A stretch of DNA of 64,000 nt from Camelus dromedarius (taxonomy: Eukaryota): the NCBI RefSeq assembly GCF_036321535.1, contig NC_087436.1, positions 35,838,001-35,902,000 of the forward strand, given 5' to 3'. Below the pieces are notes generated by a model. The model saw only the letters and a list, made by a program, of their open reading frames with translations. It did not search any database and was not told where the DNA came from. Both the position numbers and the translations under genes were made by a program. Positions 25,706 through 38,310 of the stretch are shown piece after piece. Positions within the stretch are counted from its first letter, which is position 1, and each line of letters begins with the position of its first letter.

Positions 25706-27929
25706 CAACCATCCAAGAAACCAAGGAAAAAGCACTGCAGAAAAAATTAAGGAGAATATAATTCAATTAAAATACAAACTATTTCCAGCATACATGGATA
25801 TGAATGCAATATAGCTGCACAAGAAATAAAAGCAAATGTACTTAATCACATGGTCTGTGAGCTGCCTTTTTATTCTGACCCATCTAGCAACTTACTCTGG
25901 GATTCCTCTTACCGGAAATTATGACCCTCAGTAAATTTGACTCTGACCAAAATGTTTCAGACCACAGTGCTGCCAGCACTCTGGTGAAATGGACTACAGT
26001 TCTTCATTCTAGATTCTCGCCTCAAGTTCTTTCAGATGGGAATGATTTCCTTTCATTACAAGACAGCCTGTCAAGATACAGGGACTATTCCAGTGAGGAG
26101 TCCAATTACCATTTCCAGATTAAATCAGTTCCTAAAGCATATGAACTAGAAAACTGGGTAACAGGATTTGATAGGGTTTTTTTAAAATGAACTCTTTTAT
26201 ATAATTAATTTGAACCTTGCCCAAACCAGCACCAAACGCAACGTGTTACCACCAAATATTAAAACTCAAACGCAAGGTAAAAGGAAGTGAGTGAAGTCTG
26301 TTTATGTCCAGTGATTGCCTTTGAGTGCCTGCGACTCACAAAAGTATTTGTTACCATAGTTAAGATACAACCATTTCAGATATTCCAAAAAGAACACACA
26401 CCACTTCTTTCCAGAGAAACTGGGAGTTTTCAGTGTGGTAAACGTTCACAAAAATAACATTGCATGCATTCAGTCTTCCACTCATTAAACATTTATTAAA
26501 GTACAAGCTGTGGGCCAGGCACTGAGAGCCTTCTTTGCTCAATCAATCCAGTCTAAGATTTGGAAGCTTTAACACTGTATTGCAAAGGCATTATTTCTGG
26601 AAAATGTAAATGGTTCTCAAATCTGTGTAGAAGTATTAAAATAATTCAGAAAACACTTTAAGATCACATTCAGTTATAAGTAACATACTACATAGACAAG
26701 TGACATACTTCTTTGTGATAGTGACTATGAGACTAGATTATCACGCAGGTCAGAAAGTAAGAAAAAGCTCCAGTAGAAGCCTAATGGGCAAAAATGTTGC
26801 ACAGACAAGACCACCACCAGGGAGAGGTCCCGACCTAAACAGTAATTATGGAAAGCCAGGAGACTAACGAGTTACTCGTCAACTCAGTATCTTCAATCTT
26901 ACTTTCCTATCTAGAAAACAGTATTAATTTACAGTTAAGTACATGACCATCCACACATACAGAGCTTCTCCTGCTCTTTATGCATTAGATCTATATTAAT
27001 TAGAATTTTACACAATGGATCATATTTTCAATGGATCAGGGAGAGATTCAAGCAAAATGAAAACAGGTCTGGATGCCAACTCTACTGAGATGTTCCACAG
27101 ATGCCTCGAACTCAGAATGTTTACTTTTCCAAAGTTGGGGTTTCTGTATATTTTATTTCAAAAAGAGGGATCTGATTTTATTATGCATTGTACTACGCAT
27201 AATAAAGGGTAAAACACAAGCTTTTGAGAGTTCATTATATATGGATTCAGTAATACTTATTACTTCTATCCTCAAACTGACCTATATTTTTTTCCTCTTA
27301 CTTGATGGCACCCAAGGTAGCTTATCTGAGAGTTACCTTTGATTCTTGTATTATCTTCCTAACTAATTAATCCTTAAGTCTTGTTTCTAAATGTTTTATG
27401 AAGCTACCCTCATTTTTACCATCCTTAACCAATATAAGTTTAGGCCCTAATATTCCTACACATGGGTTATTATCTGGGCTACTAGTCATGTTTATCTTAA
27501 CTCTGCCCTTCCCACCACAACTAGAGGTATTTAATTAAAACATACCCCCTGCAGTAGGGAAACTAAGCCAGGTATTGTTTGTGGCACACTCTCAGTCCCA
27601 CTCTCAGGATGGATGGGGGTAGTACTAGGTATAACAGGCAGAGACGACAAAGCTGAGTTCATGATGAACTGGTGTGGGAGCACAGACAGGACAACACCCT
27701 CTGTCCGGATCTGTCAATCCTGCAGCTACGTAAGGCACGTAAGTTATAGTTGTTTATGGAATAACAAGGTATTATGTTTCACATACTGATGGAAGTATGG
27801 GAAGGTAAGTGTGCCTAAGCTACATACTCAATAGACTAGATACATTTAGTCAATGATTTATGGCCTAGCTCATAATATTTTCCAATTCTGTGGGAAATTA
27901 GTTCTCTAGCAGCCATATCTATTCAGTTA

Positions 27930-28255
27930 TGACTTTTGTGTGCCACTGCCCCGTTGCCCCCCACTAATTAGTTCAGGGGCAGACACATGACTCAGAAAGG
28001 GCCAATCAGATTCTTTCTCCAGGAACTTTGGGACTGAGACACACAAAGAAGAGTTGCTGGTAGCTGATGGACATTCACGGCTGCAGAGTAGTTACAACTC
28101 CTGTTGTTGAGAATTGTGGAGTCCTCCTTGCTCCTGACCTTACAAAGTCTTATTCCTTAAATACTGTGAGATCACAGTCTGTTTTTAAAACATTCTTTAT
28201 TTGTTTTTGCCAAGTTAGTTCTAGCTGTTTTCTCTTACAACAACTAGAAACTTAA
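27930..28255 (+). mobile_element. ERVL-type LTR remnant (LTR16/LTR33-like)
   Basis: cacatgactcagaaagggccaatcagattct...gccaagttagttctagctgttttctcttacaac. Confidence 0.45.
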
Positions 28256-29109
28256 ATACTATATTATATTTGCCGATACAGATATAGCCATTTGCCTAGT
28301 CATCAGGTTGAAAACATTAGTCAGTTTCGATGCTTGACTTTAAGTCCTTTTTATTCATCAATTACTAACTACTGTAATTGTCATTTATTTTCATTGCTTT
28401 CTTTTTTCATTTGCTATGTCTTCTTTCTACTTTCTACTGCTCTCACTGTGTAATAGTTTTCTGACTAGTTATCTTGTTCCCAGATTAAATTTCCTAAATC
28501 ATAGCTCTGATATCACTTCAAAACTCTCCAAAAGTTCATTGCTGCTTACCTATTAAATGACAAGCTTCCAGCCATGAATGTATTCTAGGTTCCCTACAAT
28601 ATAATCCTCATCCACTTTTAGACCCTTACCTTCAAACACTACTCAACACAGCCCATTTCTCAGTGTATATCCAGGCTTGAGATGCATCCTTCTCTAACTC
28701 TCTGTCTGCCTAAAATGCATTCTCTTTCACAGTCTCCTTACAAAATTATACTTATCTTTTAAAGGCCCATCAAAATGTTAACTCTTATGTAAAGACTTTC
28801 TGATCTTCTCCCACTGGATGTGTTACTTCCTTCAAAATTTCACTGCATTTATTTCCCTTTCTGGACTTCCTAAAGGGCTCTCATAGTTTTCTTCACCATT
28901 TATGCTGAAACTTCTGTTCCTTCAGAGAGGGTTAGACTTCATCCTGGAAACTTCAGGAGGCAAGCTGAATTTTTCCATGGGTTACCCATGATAAACTAAG
29001 AGGTTCTGCCACCTTGAGGTTTTGACTGGTTTGCTATGTTTTGGTCAAGGTACTTCAACTCATCTTAGAAATATATGAAGATAATGTGAAGCAGGTCCAT
29101 AATATGGTA

Positions 29110-29634
29110 GCATTTTTTTCCTTCTGTTCTTCTTCAAATCAAAATTTATTTTTCTAAATTAAAGTAATACAAGCATATGGTGAAAATAAATAAAGAATTG
29201 GTTACCAAAAAAAAAGCAATAGCCCCTTGCTCTCCCCCATTCTACTCCCCAGACTAACAATTTCTAACACTTAAAAAAAAATTCTTCCGGTCGTTGGTTA
29301 TCTTTAAATCTTGATTTATCAACTTCAGACATCACCTATTGATGTTTTATTATGATACATGTATGTTTAGCTTATTTATGCCTCCACTTTCCTTTTTTAC
29401 TTTGTAACATTAAACAACATACTTTAACCTCTACTTCTTGTTCCATTGACTACAGACAGTATACATCTTGATTCCATACTTTGCAAGATTAGGATATTAA
29501 TGTCATTTTCTTCAATGTACTCCTCTGTTCCCTTCTTCTTCTCTATTTTATTATTGTTGGTTTGATAAATTTTACCTTCTGTTCTGTAACCATAATTGAA
29601 CTTTGTCTATGGACTGATTCTAAAGTTGAAAATC
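29110..29634 (-). mobile_element. Ancient L1ME-like fragment, left part (resumes at ~37170-37620 after the young L1 insertion)
   Basis: T-rich degenerate antisense L1-like sequence on both flanks. The reconstructed empty site reads ttctaaagttgaaaatcaataaag. Confidence 0.5.
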
Positions 29635-31320
29635 GGGAGAAGATGGCGGAGTAGAAGGACGCTCGCAGGTCACCCTCTCCCACAAATACACCAAGACCCA
29701 CATCTACAGACCCACTCAGCCAACCAGAGCACCTGTGGAACTCTGACAGAACATCGCCCTCTTCAAAAGATAAAGACGCCAAAAATCTGGTAGGAGAAAA
29801 GGAAAAAAGAAAGAACAAAAGGCAAAGCAGTGCAGGACGGGTCCCGCGGGGAGGGAGCGGCAAAGGAGGACTGGCGCTCGCTCGCTGGGTCTCCCCTCTC
29901 CAACTGAGAGGCCAGCGGGACGGAGGGGGAGCCTCCGAGGCTCGGATCTGTACAGAGCAGCCCTTGACTAACAGAACTAAGTTAAACGGGCACAGAGCGT
30001 CCCCCCGACACCCAGCCTGAGACGCGGGCCGGCAGCGGCGGGCAGGGCCAGGCTGCACAAGCTGAGCAGAGGACGGAAGCGGCTGCACGGAGGCAGCCCC
30101 GGGGGAACGCAAGGGGCTACGCGCCGTGGCTGTGGGTGCACAGGGCAGAACAACCTGGGCCCTCCATAAAACAGCAAGGTTGATGTGCTCTTGGGGGAAG
30201 GGTGCACACCCCCATCTCTGAAAACCCGCGGAAAGTTTTCGGGGGAAGAGAGGTGGGGCTCAGAAACAGCCGCCATATCCTCCGCGCTGAGCACCCAGGC
30301 GGGGGGGGGGGGGGGGGGGGGGCGAAACCTGCATCCGCACGGAAGGGCTTAGCAGCCTCAAAGGCCAGACTGAGACTGGCCTGCAGCCCGGGGCAGATAG
30401 GATCCTTCCATCCTGGTCTCTCAGAGAACTTGCTCCACAAAGACAAGCAAGGAGCTGGGTTTAGGCTCGGAGCAGGGACAGGGCTGTCCCTCGGTCTTCC
30501 CCGAGCCCACCCGCGGAGCGCCGACCAGGGCGGAGCGCGAAGCTGCACAGAGAGCGGAGCTACCGGCGGTGCAGGTAGAGGGAGAGCGCCCCCCCCACCC
30601 CCGCCTTTGGGGCAGGAACACAGCCCCTGACCGAGGTGCTGGGAGGGGGCACGACCCGCCCTCCTACCTGGCCAGTCTGCAACATCTGACTGCGGCATCC
30701 GGAGGGGCAGCGACCCGCCCGCCCACAGCAGAGAGCTGCACCTGACCCAGTGTTAGGAGGAGGCGCGATCTGCTTGCCGACAGGTGCTGGGAGCAGCACA
30801 GAAGAGGGCGCCAACGGAGGGCCTCTGAAAACAGCAAGCTGAGCTTCCAAAACAGGACGAAGACAGAAAGACTTCACATTAAAAACACACAGACTCCAGG
30901 AGAACACCGACAAACCCCTCCCCCCTTTTTTTTTAAATCTGTTTTTACCTGTTCTATTTTCTATTACTCTCTTAATTTTTACTCCTTAATTCATTTCTAT
31001 TTCTCTTGGATTTTGATGTCCTGCTATTGATTAGACACAGGTTTCAAATACATCTATTCATCTCCCCCCCCCTTTTTTTGTAAAGGTTTTAAAAGGACGT
31101 CTCAACCCGATTAATACTCTGCTTCAACTCACTCTTCTATTATTCATTATACACTGTTTTCAAACCCTCTTTCTCCCTTCTTTTAAAATTCTTTCTCTCT
31201 CTCTCTTATTTTTTTTTCTTTTTTTCCTAAGTTCTATTCCTAAATAGGCATTAGATAGATAAAATCCTTAAGGACCAAAATAAACAACTGATACTCCATA
31301 AACCACAGTACAAGAGAGGT
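29635..31320 (+). promoter_or_regulatory. L1 5' UTR internal promoter, CpG-island-like, with YY1 motif
   Basis: AAGATGGCGG (YY1 consensus) at 29640-29649 at the element start. High GC/CpG to ~30860, G22 run at 30301-30322, then a pyrimidine/AT-rich segment before the ORF1 ATG. Confidence 0.8.
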
Positions 31321-32221
31321 ATGAGCAAGATGAAGAAGCAGAAAAACATTTCCCAATTAAAAGAACAAGAGAAATCCCCTGAAAGAAAGATCAACGAAAT
31401 AGACATCGATAGCCTACTAGATCAAGATTTCGAAAAAGGAGTGATCGAATTGCTGAAGGAATTAAAAGAGATAGTGTTTAGAGATATAAAATATGTCAAA
31501 AATGAAATTGAAGCTATAAAGAGCCAAGTAGAATGGGCAAACTCATTGACAGAGATGAGGAATGATCTAATAGCTGTGCAAAGCCGACTAGATAATGCAG
31601 AGGGACGAATTAGTGATCTAGAAGACAGGGCAATAGAAAGCACCCATTCAGAAGAACTACAAGATAAGCAAATAAAAAATAATGAAAATAGCATAAGGGA
31701 CCTATGGGATAATATAAAGCATCCCAATCTTCGCATAATAGGGGTCCCAGAAGGAGAAGAAAGATCAAAGGGGATTGAAAAGGTTTTTGAAGAAATCATG
31801 ACTGAAAACTTCCCAAACTTAAAGAAGGAATCAGATATCCAAGTACAGGAAGCTCAGAGGGTCCCAAACACGAAGAACCCAAATAGACCCACACCAAGAC
31901 GTATCATAATCAAGATGGCCAGAGTCAAGGATAAAGAAATGATTCTAAAGGCAGCAAGAGAAAAGCAAAGAGTAAGTTACAAGGGAACCTCCATCAGGCT
32001 CTCAGCTGATTTCTCTACACAAACACTACAGGCCAGAAGGGAGTGGCAAGATATATTCAAAGCCCTGAATGAAAAAAAGATGCAGCCTAGGATCCTTTAT
32101 CCAGCAAGGCTATCCTTGAGGATAGAAGGAGAAATAAAGAGTTTCACAGACAAAAAAAAAGCTGCAGGAGTTTAGCAACACTAAACCCATGCTAAAAGAA
32201 ATATTGAAAGGGCTATTCTAA
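31321..32221 (+). pseudogene. L1 ORF1p (RNA-binding protein) with a +1 frameshift near the C-terminus
   Basis: Contains NLRIIGVPEGEE, RRIIIKM, ARREW and YPARLS motifs. Removing one A from the A9 run at 32152-32160 restores ...FTDKKKLQEFSNTKPMLKEILKGLF* (TAA at 32219-32221). Confidence 0.92.
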
Positions 32222-32624
32222 ATAGAAAAGCAGCAGGATGCTACAGAAATGAGAAACTCACAACTGGAAAGGTGATAACTCATGAATTACAAATAAAGTA
32301 AACATGAAATTATAAAAGAAGACATACAAATTACTGAGAGTGGGAGAGGGAGGCAGGGAAATATAGAATATTTTTTTCTTTCTTTTTTAAATTTTTTTAA
32401 CAGTAGGATGGGTTTGAGATCATGTTACTATCAGTTTAATAAAACAGTTATAGTAATGGGTTGATAGATTTACAAAAAAGGGTAACCACAAGCCAAAAAT
32501 TTACAAAGGAGTCACAAAAATTAAATAAAATCCATGATAATACAAAGGAAAATTACCAAACCACAAAAGGAAGAAGAAAGGAACAAAGAGGATATACCAA
32601 TTCAACTGCAAAGATAAATTCAAA

Positions 32625-35600
32625 ATGGCAATAAACACACATCTATCATTAATTACTGTAAATGTTAATGGACTAAATGCTCCAGTCAAAAGACATAGAG
32701 TGGCAGACTGGATAATAAAGCAAGAACCTTCAATATGCTGCATACAAGAGACCCACTTTAGGGAGAAGGACACATATAGATTGAGAGTGAAAGGATGGAA
32801 AAGGATATTCCATGCAAATGGAAAAGCCAAAAAAGCAGGTGTTGCAGTACTGATTTCAGACAAAATAGACTTTAAAACAAAGGCCATAAAGAAAGATAAA
32901 GGACATTTTATAATGATTAAAGGAGTGATACAAGATGAGGATATTACATTCGTTAATATATATGCACCCAATATAAGAGCACCTAAGTACATACAAGAAT
33001 TACTAACAGAGATAAAGGGGGATATTGATGGGAATACAATCATAGTTGGAGATTTTAACACTGCATTAACATCACTAGACAGATCTTCCAGACAAAAAAT
33101 AAACAAGGCAACAGAGAAATTAAATACTACAATAGAAAAACTAGATTTGGTGGATATTTTCAGAACATTACACCCCCAAAAAATAGGATATACATTCTTT
33201 TCAAGTGCACATGGAACATTTTCCAGGATCGATCATGTACTTGGGCACAAAAGAAACCTCAACAATTTTAAGAAGATAGAAATTATCTCAAGCATCTTTA
33301 CTGACCACTATGCCATGAAACTGGAAATCAACAACAGAGAAACAAAGGAGAAAAAAAGGAAAGCATGGAGATTAAACAATATGTTGTTGAAAAAACAATG
33401 GGTCAATGAGGAAATCAAAGCTGAAATTAAAAAATACCTTGAGACAAATGATAATGAAAGCACAACCACTCAAAACCTATGGGACACAGCAAAGGCAGTG
33501 CTAAGAGGGAAGTTTATAGCGATACAGGCCTTCCTCAAAAAAGAAGAACAATCTCAAATAAACAATTTAACCCACCACCTGAATGAATTAGAAAAAGAAG
33601 AACAAAAAGCCCCAAAAAGCAGCAGAAGGAAGGAAATAATAAAGATCAGAGAGGAATTAAATACAATAGAGATTAACAAGACCATAGAAAAAAATCAACC
33701 AAACCAAAAGCTGGTTTTTTGAAAAAGTAAATAAAATCGACAAACCTCTGGCCAAACTCACAAAGAAGAAAAAAGAGAGAGCACAAATTAGCAAAATAAG
33801 AAAGAAAAATGTAGAAATTACAACAAACAAAATAGAAATACAGAATATCATACGAGAATATTATGAAAAACTATATGGAACCAAACTGGATAACCTAGAG
33901 GAGATGGACAAGTTTCTGGAAACATACTGTCCACCAAAACTGAATCAAGAAGAATGTGAACACTTGAACAATCCGATCACTAGAAAGGAAATAGAAATAG
34001 CAATTAAAAACCTCCCTACAAATAAAAGTCCAGGACCAGACGGCTTCACCGGGGAATTCTACCCAACATACAAAGAAGAACTCATACCAGTCCTTCTCAA
34101 ACTCTTCCAGACGATTGAAAAGGAGGGAATACTCCCAAACTCATTCTATGAAGCCACCATCACCCTGATACCAAAACCAGGCAAAGTCACCACAAAAAAA
34201 GAGAATTATAGGCCAATATCACTGATGAACATAGACGCCAAAATCCTCACCAAAATTTTAGCAAATAGAATCCAACAACACATAAAAAAGATTATACATC
34301 ATGACCAAGTGGGGTTCATCCCAGGGACACAAGGATGGTTCAACATACGCAAATCAATCAATGTAATACATCACATCAACAAGAGAAAGGACAAAAACCA
34401 CATGATCATCTCAATCGATGCAGAAAAAGCATTTGATAAAATTCAACACCCATTTATGATAAAAACTCTCGCCAAAGTGGGTATAGAGGGAACATATCTC
34501 AACATAATAAAAGCTATATATGACAAACCTACAGCCAGCATAGTACTCAACGGTGAAAAACTCAAAAGCTTCCCACTAAAATCTGGGACAAGACAAGGCT
34601 GTCCACTATCACCACTCCTATTCAACATAGTCCTGGAAGTCCTAGCCACAGCAGTCAGGCAAGAGAAAGAAATAAAAGGGATCCAAATTGGAAAAGAAGA
34701 GGTAAAAGTGTCATTATATGCTGATGACATGTTACTATATATAGAAAACCCTAAAAGGTCCACACAAAAGCTACTAGAGCTGATTGAAGAATTCAGCAAG
34801 GTAGCAGGTTACAAAATTAACGTTCAAAAATCAGTTGCATTTCTTTACACTAACGATAAATCAACAGAAGAAGAAAGTAAAGAAACAATCCCCTTTAAAA
34901 TAGCACCCAAAGTAATAAAATATCTGGGAATAAATCTAACCAAGGAGGTGAAAGAATTATACACAGAAAACTATAAACCAGTGATGAAGGAAATTAAAGA
35001 AGACTTTAAAAAATGGAAAGATATTCCATGCTCTTGGATTGGAAAAATCAATATTGTTAAAATGGTCGCACTGCCCAAGGCAATCTACAGATTTAATGCA
35101 ATCCCTATAAAATTACCCAGGACATATTTCACAGAACTAGAAAAGATCATAATAAAATTCATATGGAACCATCAAAGACCTAGAATTGCCAAAGCATTAC
35201 TGAAGAGAAAGAAAGAGGCTGGAGGAATAACTCTCCCAGACTTCAGACAATACTATAGAGCTACAGTCATCAAAACAGCATGGTATTGGTACCTAAACAG
35301 ACATATAGACCAATGGAACAGAATAGAGAGCCCAGAAATGAACCCATAAACTTTTGGTCAACTGATCTTCGACAAAGGAGGCAAGAATATACAATGGAAT
35401 AAGGACAGTCTCTTCAGCAAATGGTGTTGGGAAAAGTGGACAGCAGCATGTACAGCAATGAAGCTAGAACACTCCCTTACACCATATACAAAAATCAACT
35501 CAAAATGGATTAAAGACTTAAACATAAGACAAGATACAATAAACCTCCTAGAGGAAAACATAGGCAAAACATTATCTGACATACATTTAAAAAACTTTCT

Positions 35601-36420
35601 CCTAGAAGAAATAAAAGCAAGAATAAACAAATGGGACCTAATGAAACTTACAAGCTTCTGCACAGCAAAGGAAACCAGAAATAAAACAAGAAGAAAACCT
35701 ACGGAATGGGAGAAAATTTTTGCAAGTGAAACCGACAAAGGCTTGATCTCCAGAATATATAAGCAGCTCATACGACTCAATAAGAAAAAAATAAACAACC
35801 CAATCCAAAAATGGGCAGAAGACCTAGACAAGCAATTCTCCAAGGAAAACATACAAATGATCAAAAAGCACATGAAAAAATGCTCAATATCACTAATTAT
35901 CAGAGAAATGCAAATCAAAACTACAATGAGGTATCACCTCACACCAGTCAGAATGGCCGTCATTCAAAAATCCACAAATGACAAATGCTGGAGAGGCTGT
36001 GGAGAAAGGGGAACCCTCCTACACTGCTGGTTGGAATGCAGTTTGGTGCAGCCACTGTGGAAAACAGTGTGGAGATTCCTCAAAAGACTAGGAATAGACT
36101 TACCATGTGACCCAGGAATCCCACTCCTGGGCTTGTATCCAGAAGGAAATCTACTTCAGGATGACACCTGCACCCCAATGTTCATAGCAGCACTATTTAC
36201 AATAGCCAAAACATGGAAACAGCCTAAATGTCCATCAACAGGTGACTGGATAAAGAAGATGTGGTATATTTATACAATGAAATACTACTCAGCCATAAAA
36301 ACCGACAACATAATGCCATTTGCAGCAACATGGATGCTCCTGGAGAATGTCATTCTAAGTGAAGTAAGCCAGAAAGAGAAAGAAAAATACCATATGAGAT
36401 CGCTCATATGTGGAATCTAA
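32625..36420 (+). pseudogene. L1 ORF2p (endonuclease/reverse transcriptase) with one frameshift and one nonsense codon
   Basis: EN motifs NVNGLN, GDFN, RIDH. RT motifs QGCPLSP and YADD. C-terminal [18 protein letters not shown]. Extra A in the A7 run at 33688-33694 and in-frame TAA at 35347-35349. Corrected length is about 1264 aa. Confidence 0.95.
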
Positions 36421-36743
36421 AAAACAAAAACAAAAACAAACAAACAAAAACAAAGCATAAATAAAGGACAGAAATAGACTCACAGACAGAGAATACAGAC
36501 TTGTGGTTACCAGGGGGGTGGAGGGTGGGAAGGGATAGACTGGGATTTCAAAATTGTAGAATAGACTACACTGTATAGCACAAGGAAATATACACAAAAT
36601 GATATGATAACTCACAGAGAAAAAAATGTGACAATGAATGTGTATATGTCCATGAATAACTGAAAAATTGTGCTGAACACTGGAATTTGACACAACATTG
36701 TAAAATGATTATAAATCAATAAAAAATGTTAAAAAAAAAAAAA

Positions 36744-37156
36744 GAAACAATCCAAGTGTCCATCAACAGATGGGTGGATAAACAAAATGTGGTATACACT
36801 TACAATGATAATTATTTGGCAATAATTTTACAATGTAGCAAAACCTTGAAAACATTATGCTAAATGAAAGAAGCCAGAAATCCAGGACCACGTATTGTAT
36901 AATTCCATGTGCAGAATAGGCAAATCTATAGACAAAAAGTAGATTAGTGGTTGCTTAGGGTGGGGCAGGTAGGGGCTGAGAAGGTACCAGCTAAGGGGTG
37001 AAAGGGGTTCAAGAAGGGGTTCTTTTTAGGGCAATAAAATTTACTGTGGTGGTGATTGCACAACTCTATGAATATACTCAAAACCAATGAACTGTACACT
37101 TCATAGGTGAATTGTATGGCATGTGAATTATCAATAAAATTGATTTTTTTTAAAAA
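36744..37156 (+). mobile_element. Old L1 (L1MB-like) 3' fragment lying inside the young L1's TSD; putative 3'-transduced segment
   Basis: Degenerate L1 ORF2-end and 3' UTR sequence with its own AATAAA (37133-37138) and a short A run, followed directly by the right TSD copy. Confidence 0.8.
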
Positions 37157-37729
37157 AAAGTTGAAAATCAATAAAGTATGTTTAAGTATATTACCTAATG
37201 ATTCTTCCTAACTCAACACATACCTTTAATATTTTTTTCCTTCCTCAAAATTTGGGTTCTTCTGGCATCTCTATCATAATACCTAGTTTATGGAGCCCAC
37301 TCTCCCTTTATCCTGACCCCTGTTTCCTGGAACCCTACATTCTCCTGTTCCTTGTGGATTAACTGTTCTCTAGACCTGCAGCACAGTTCTCATCCTAAGA
37401 CTTTCCATTAGCACTCTTCCTATGTCTTCCTATTTCTTGAATTACTCCTTTGTTCGGCTGGTATACAACCTTAAGTAACTTTGCAAAAAAGAGTACACAT
37501 TGAATCCCTTCTAGGATATTAGAAAATGCCTTTATTCAATCACCGTGTTTTGAAAGTCTGGTTTGGCATATAATGCTAGGTTAAAGATATTTTCCTTGAG
37601 GTTTTGAAGGACATCTTACAGTGTCAGTACCTCTGTCTTCTCCCAACATCCTCTCTGCTCCCCAACATATACTGAAAACATTCAAAGCCATTCTAAACAA
37701 ATAATGGATATCCAAGGAAATTAGGATTT

Positions 37730-37955
37730 AAAGACATAGGCTTTATGGACATACCTGGGTTTAAATCTTGGATCCACCAGCTGTTATCTTTGAGCCTTGA
37801 AAAAGTTACTTTAAGCTACAGTTTCCTCCCATGGAAAATGAATGTACTAAGTTTGTTCCTCATAAGGTTATTGTATTAAATTGGATAACTCATATAAAGT
37901 ACTTATTATTCTGTCTAGCACATAGTAAGTACTCAACAAAACTGTCACAGATATT
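37730..37955 (+). mobile_element. MIR SINE
   Basis: acctgggtttaaatc...cagtttcctcccatggaaaatg...gcacatagtaagtactcaa core. Confidence 0.7.
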
Positions 37956-38310
37956 AACAATATTGTTAATATATGAACTGAGTACTGAATGTATAATGAC
38001 GGCCAATAGAGAATCTGGTGGCTATTTTCCAACAAAAATCACTTATAACCTGTTCAAGTGGAAGTCACTCTGGTCTAGGAGGCTTCTATCTCACATGTCC
38101 TTATAAGCTTCTACAGGTTCTATGTTCCCCTTTTGGTTGTAATTTGTTCCAGCTCTTCTGGGCCATATTCCAGAGAACAAATGAAACTGGTAAGTGGGGG
38201 TCTGATGTGAGATGACTGTAAGCAAAGCAACCCCAAACCAATTTTTATAGCCATTTAGCAGCTGTCTTGGAAACTGAGGGGGAATAACACTGTTAAAAAG
38301 TAACCAGCAT

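Larger units (their letters stand above)
29635..36743 (+). mobile_element. Full-length young LINE-1 (camelid L1 family), about 7.1 kb
   Basis: CpG-rich 5' UTR, ORF1, ~400-bp spacer, ORF2 (EN, RT with YADD, CCHC), G-rich 3' UTR, AATAAA at 36718-36723 and A13 at 36731-36743. Confidence 0.97.
29622..37169 (+). repeat. 13-bp target-site duplication AAAGTTGAAAATC (29622-29634 and 37157-37169)
   Basis: Perfect direct repeat. The left context ttct|aaag resembles the L1 endonuclease TT/AAAA site. Confidence 0.88.

Noticed and set aside
25492..25766. Poly-Lys, poly-Phe and (SF)n ORFs
   Set aside because: These are translations of the (GAAAAA)n microsatellite, with no protein-like context.
29543..30913. 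Overlapping 105-193 aa ORFs on both strands
   Set aside because: They lie in the GC-rich, stop-poor L1 5' UTR and show no recognisable domain, so they are not called as genes.
31422..36693. Minus-strand hydrophobic ORFs of 64-201 aa
   Set aside because: Antisense shadows of A-rich L1 ORF1/ORF2.
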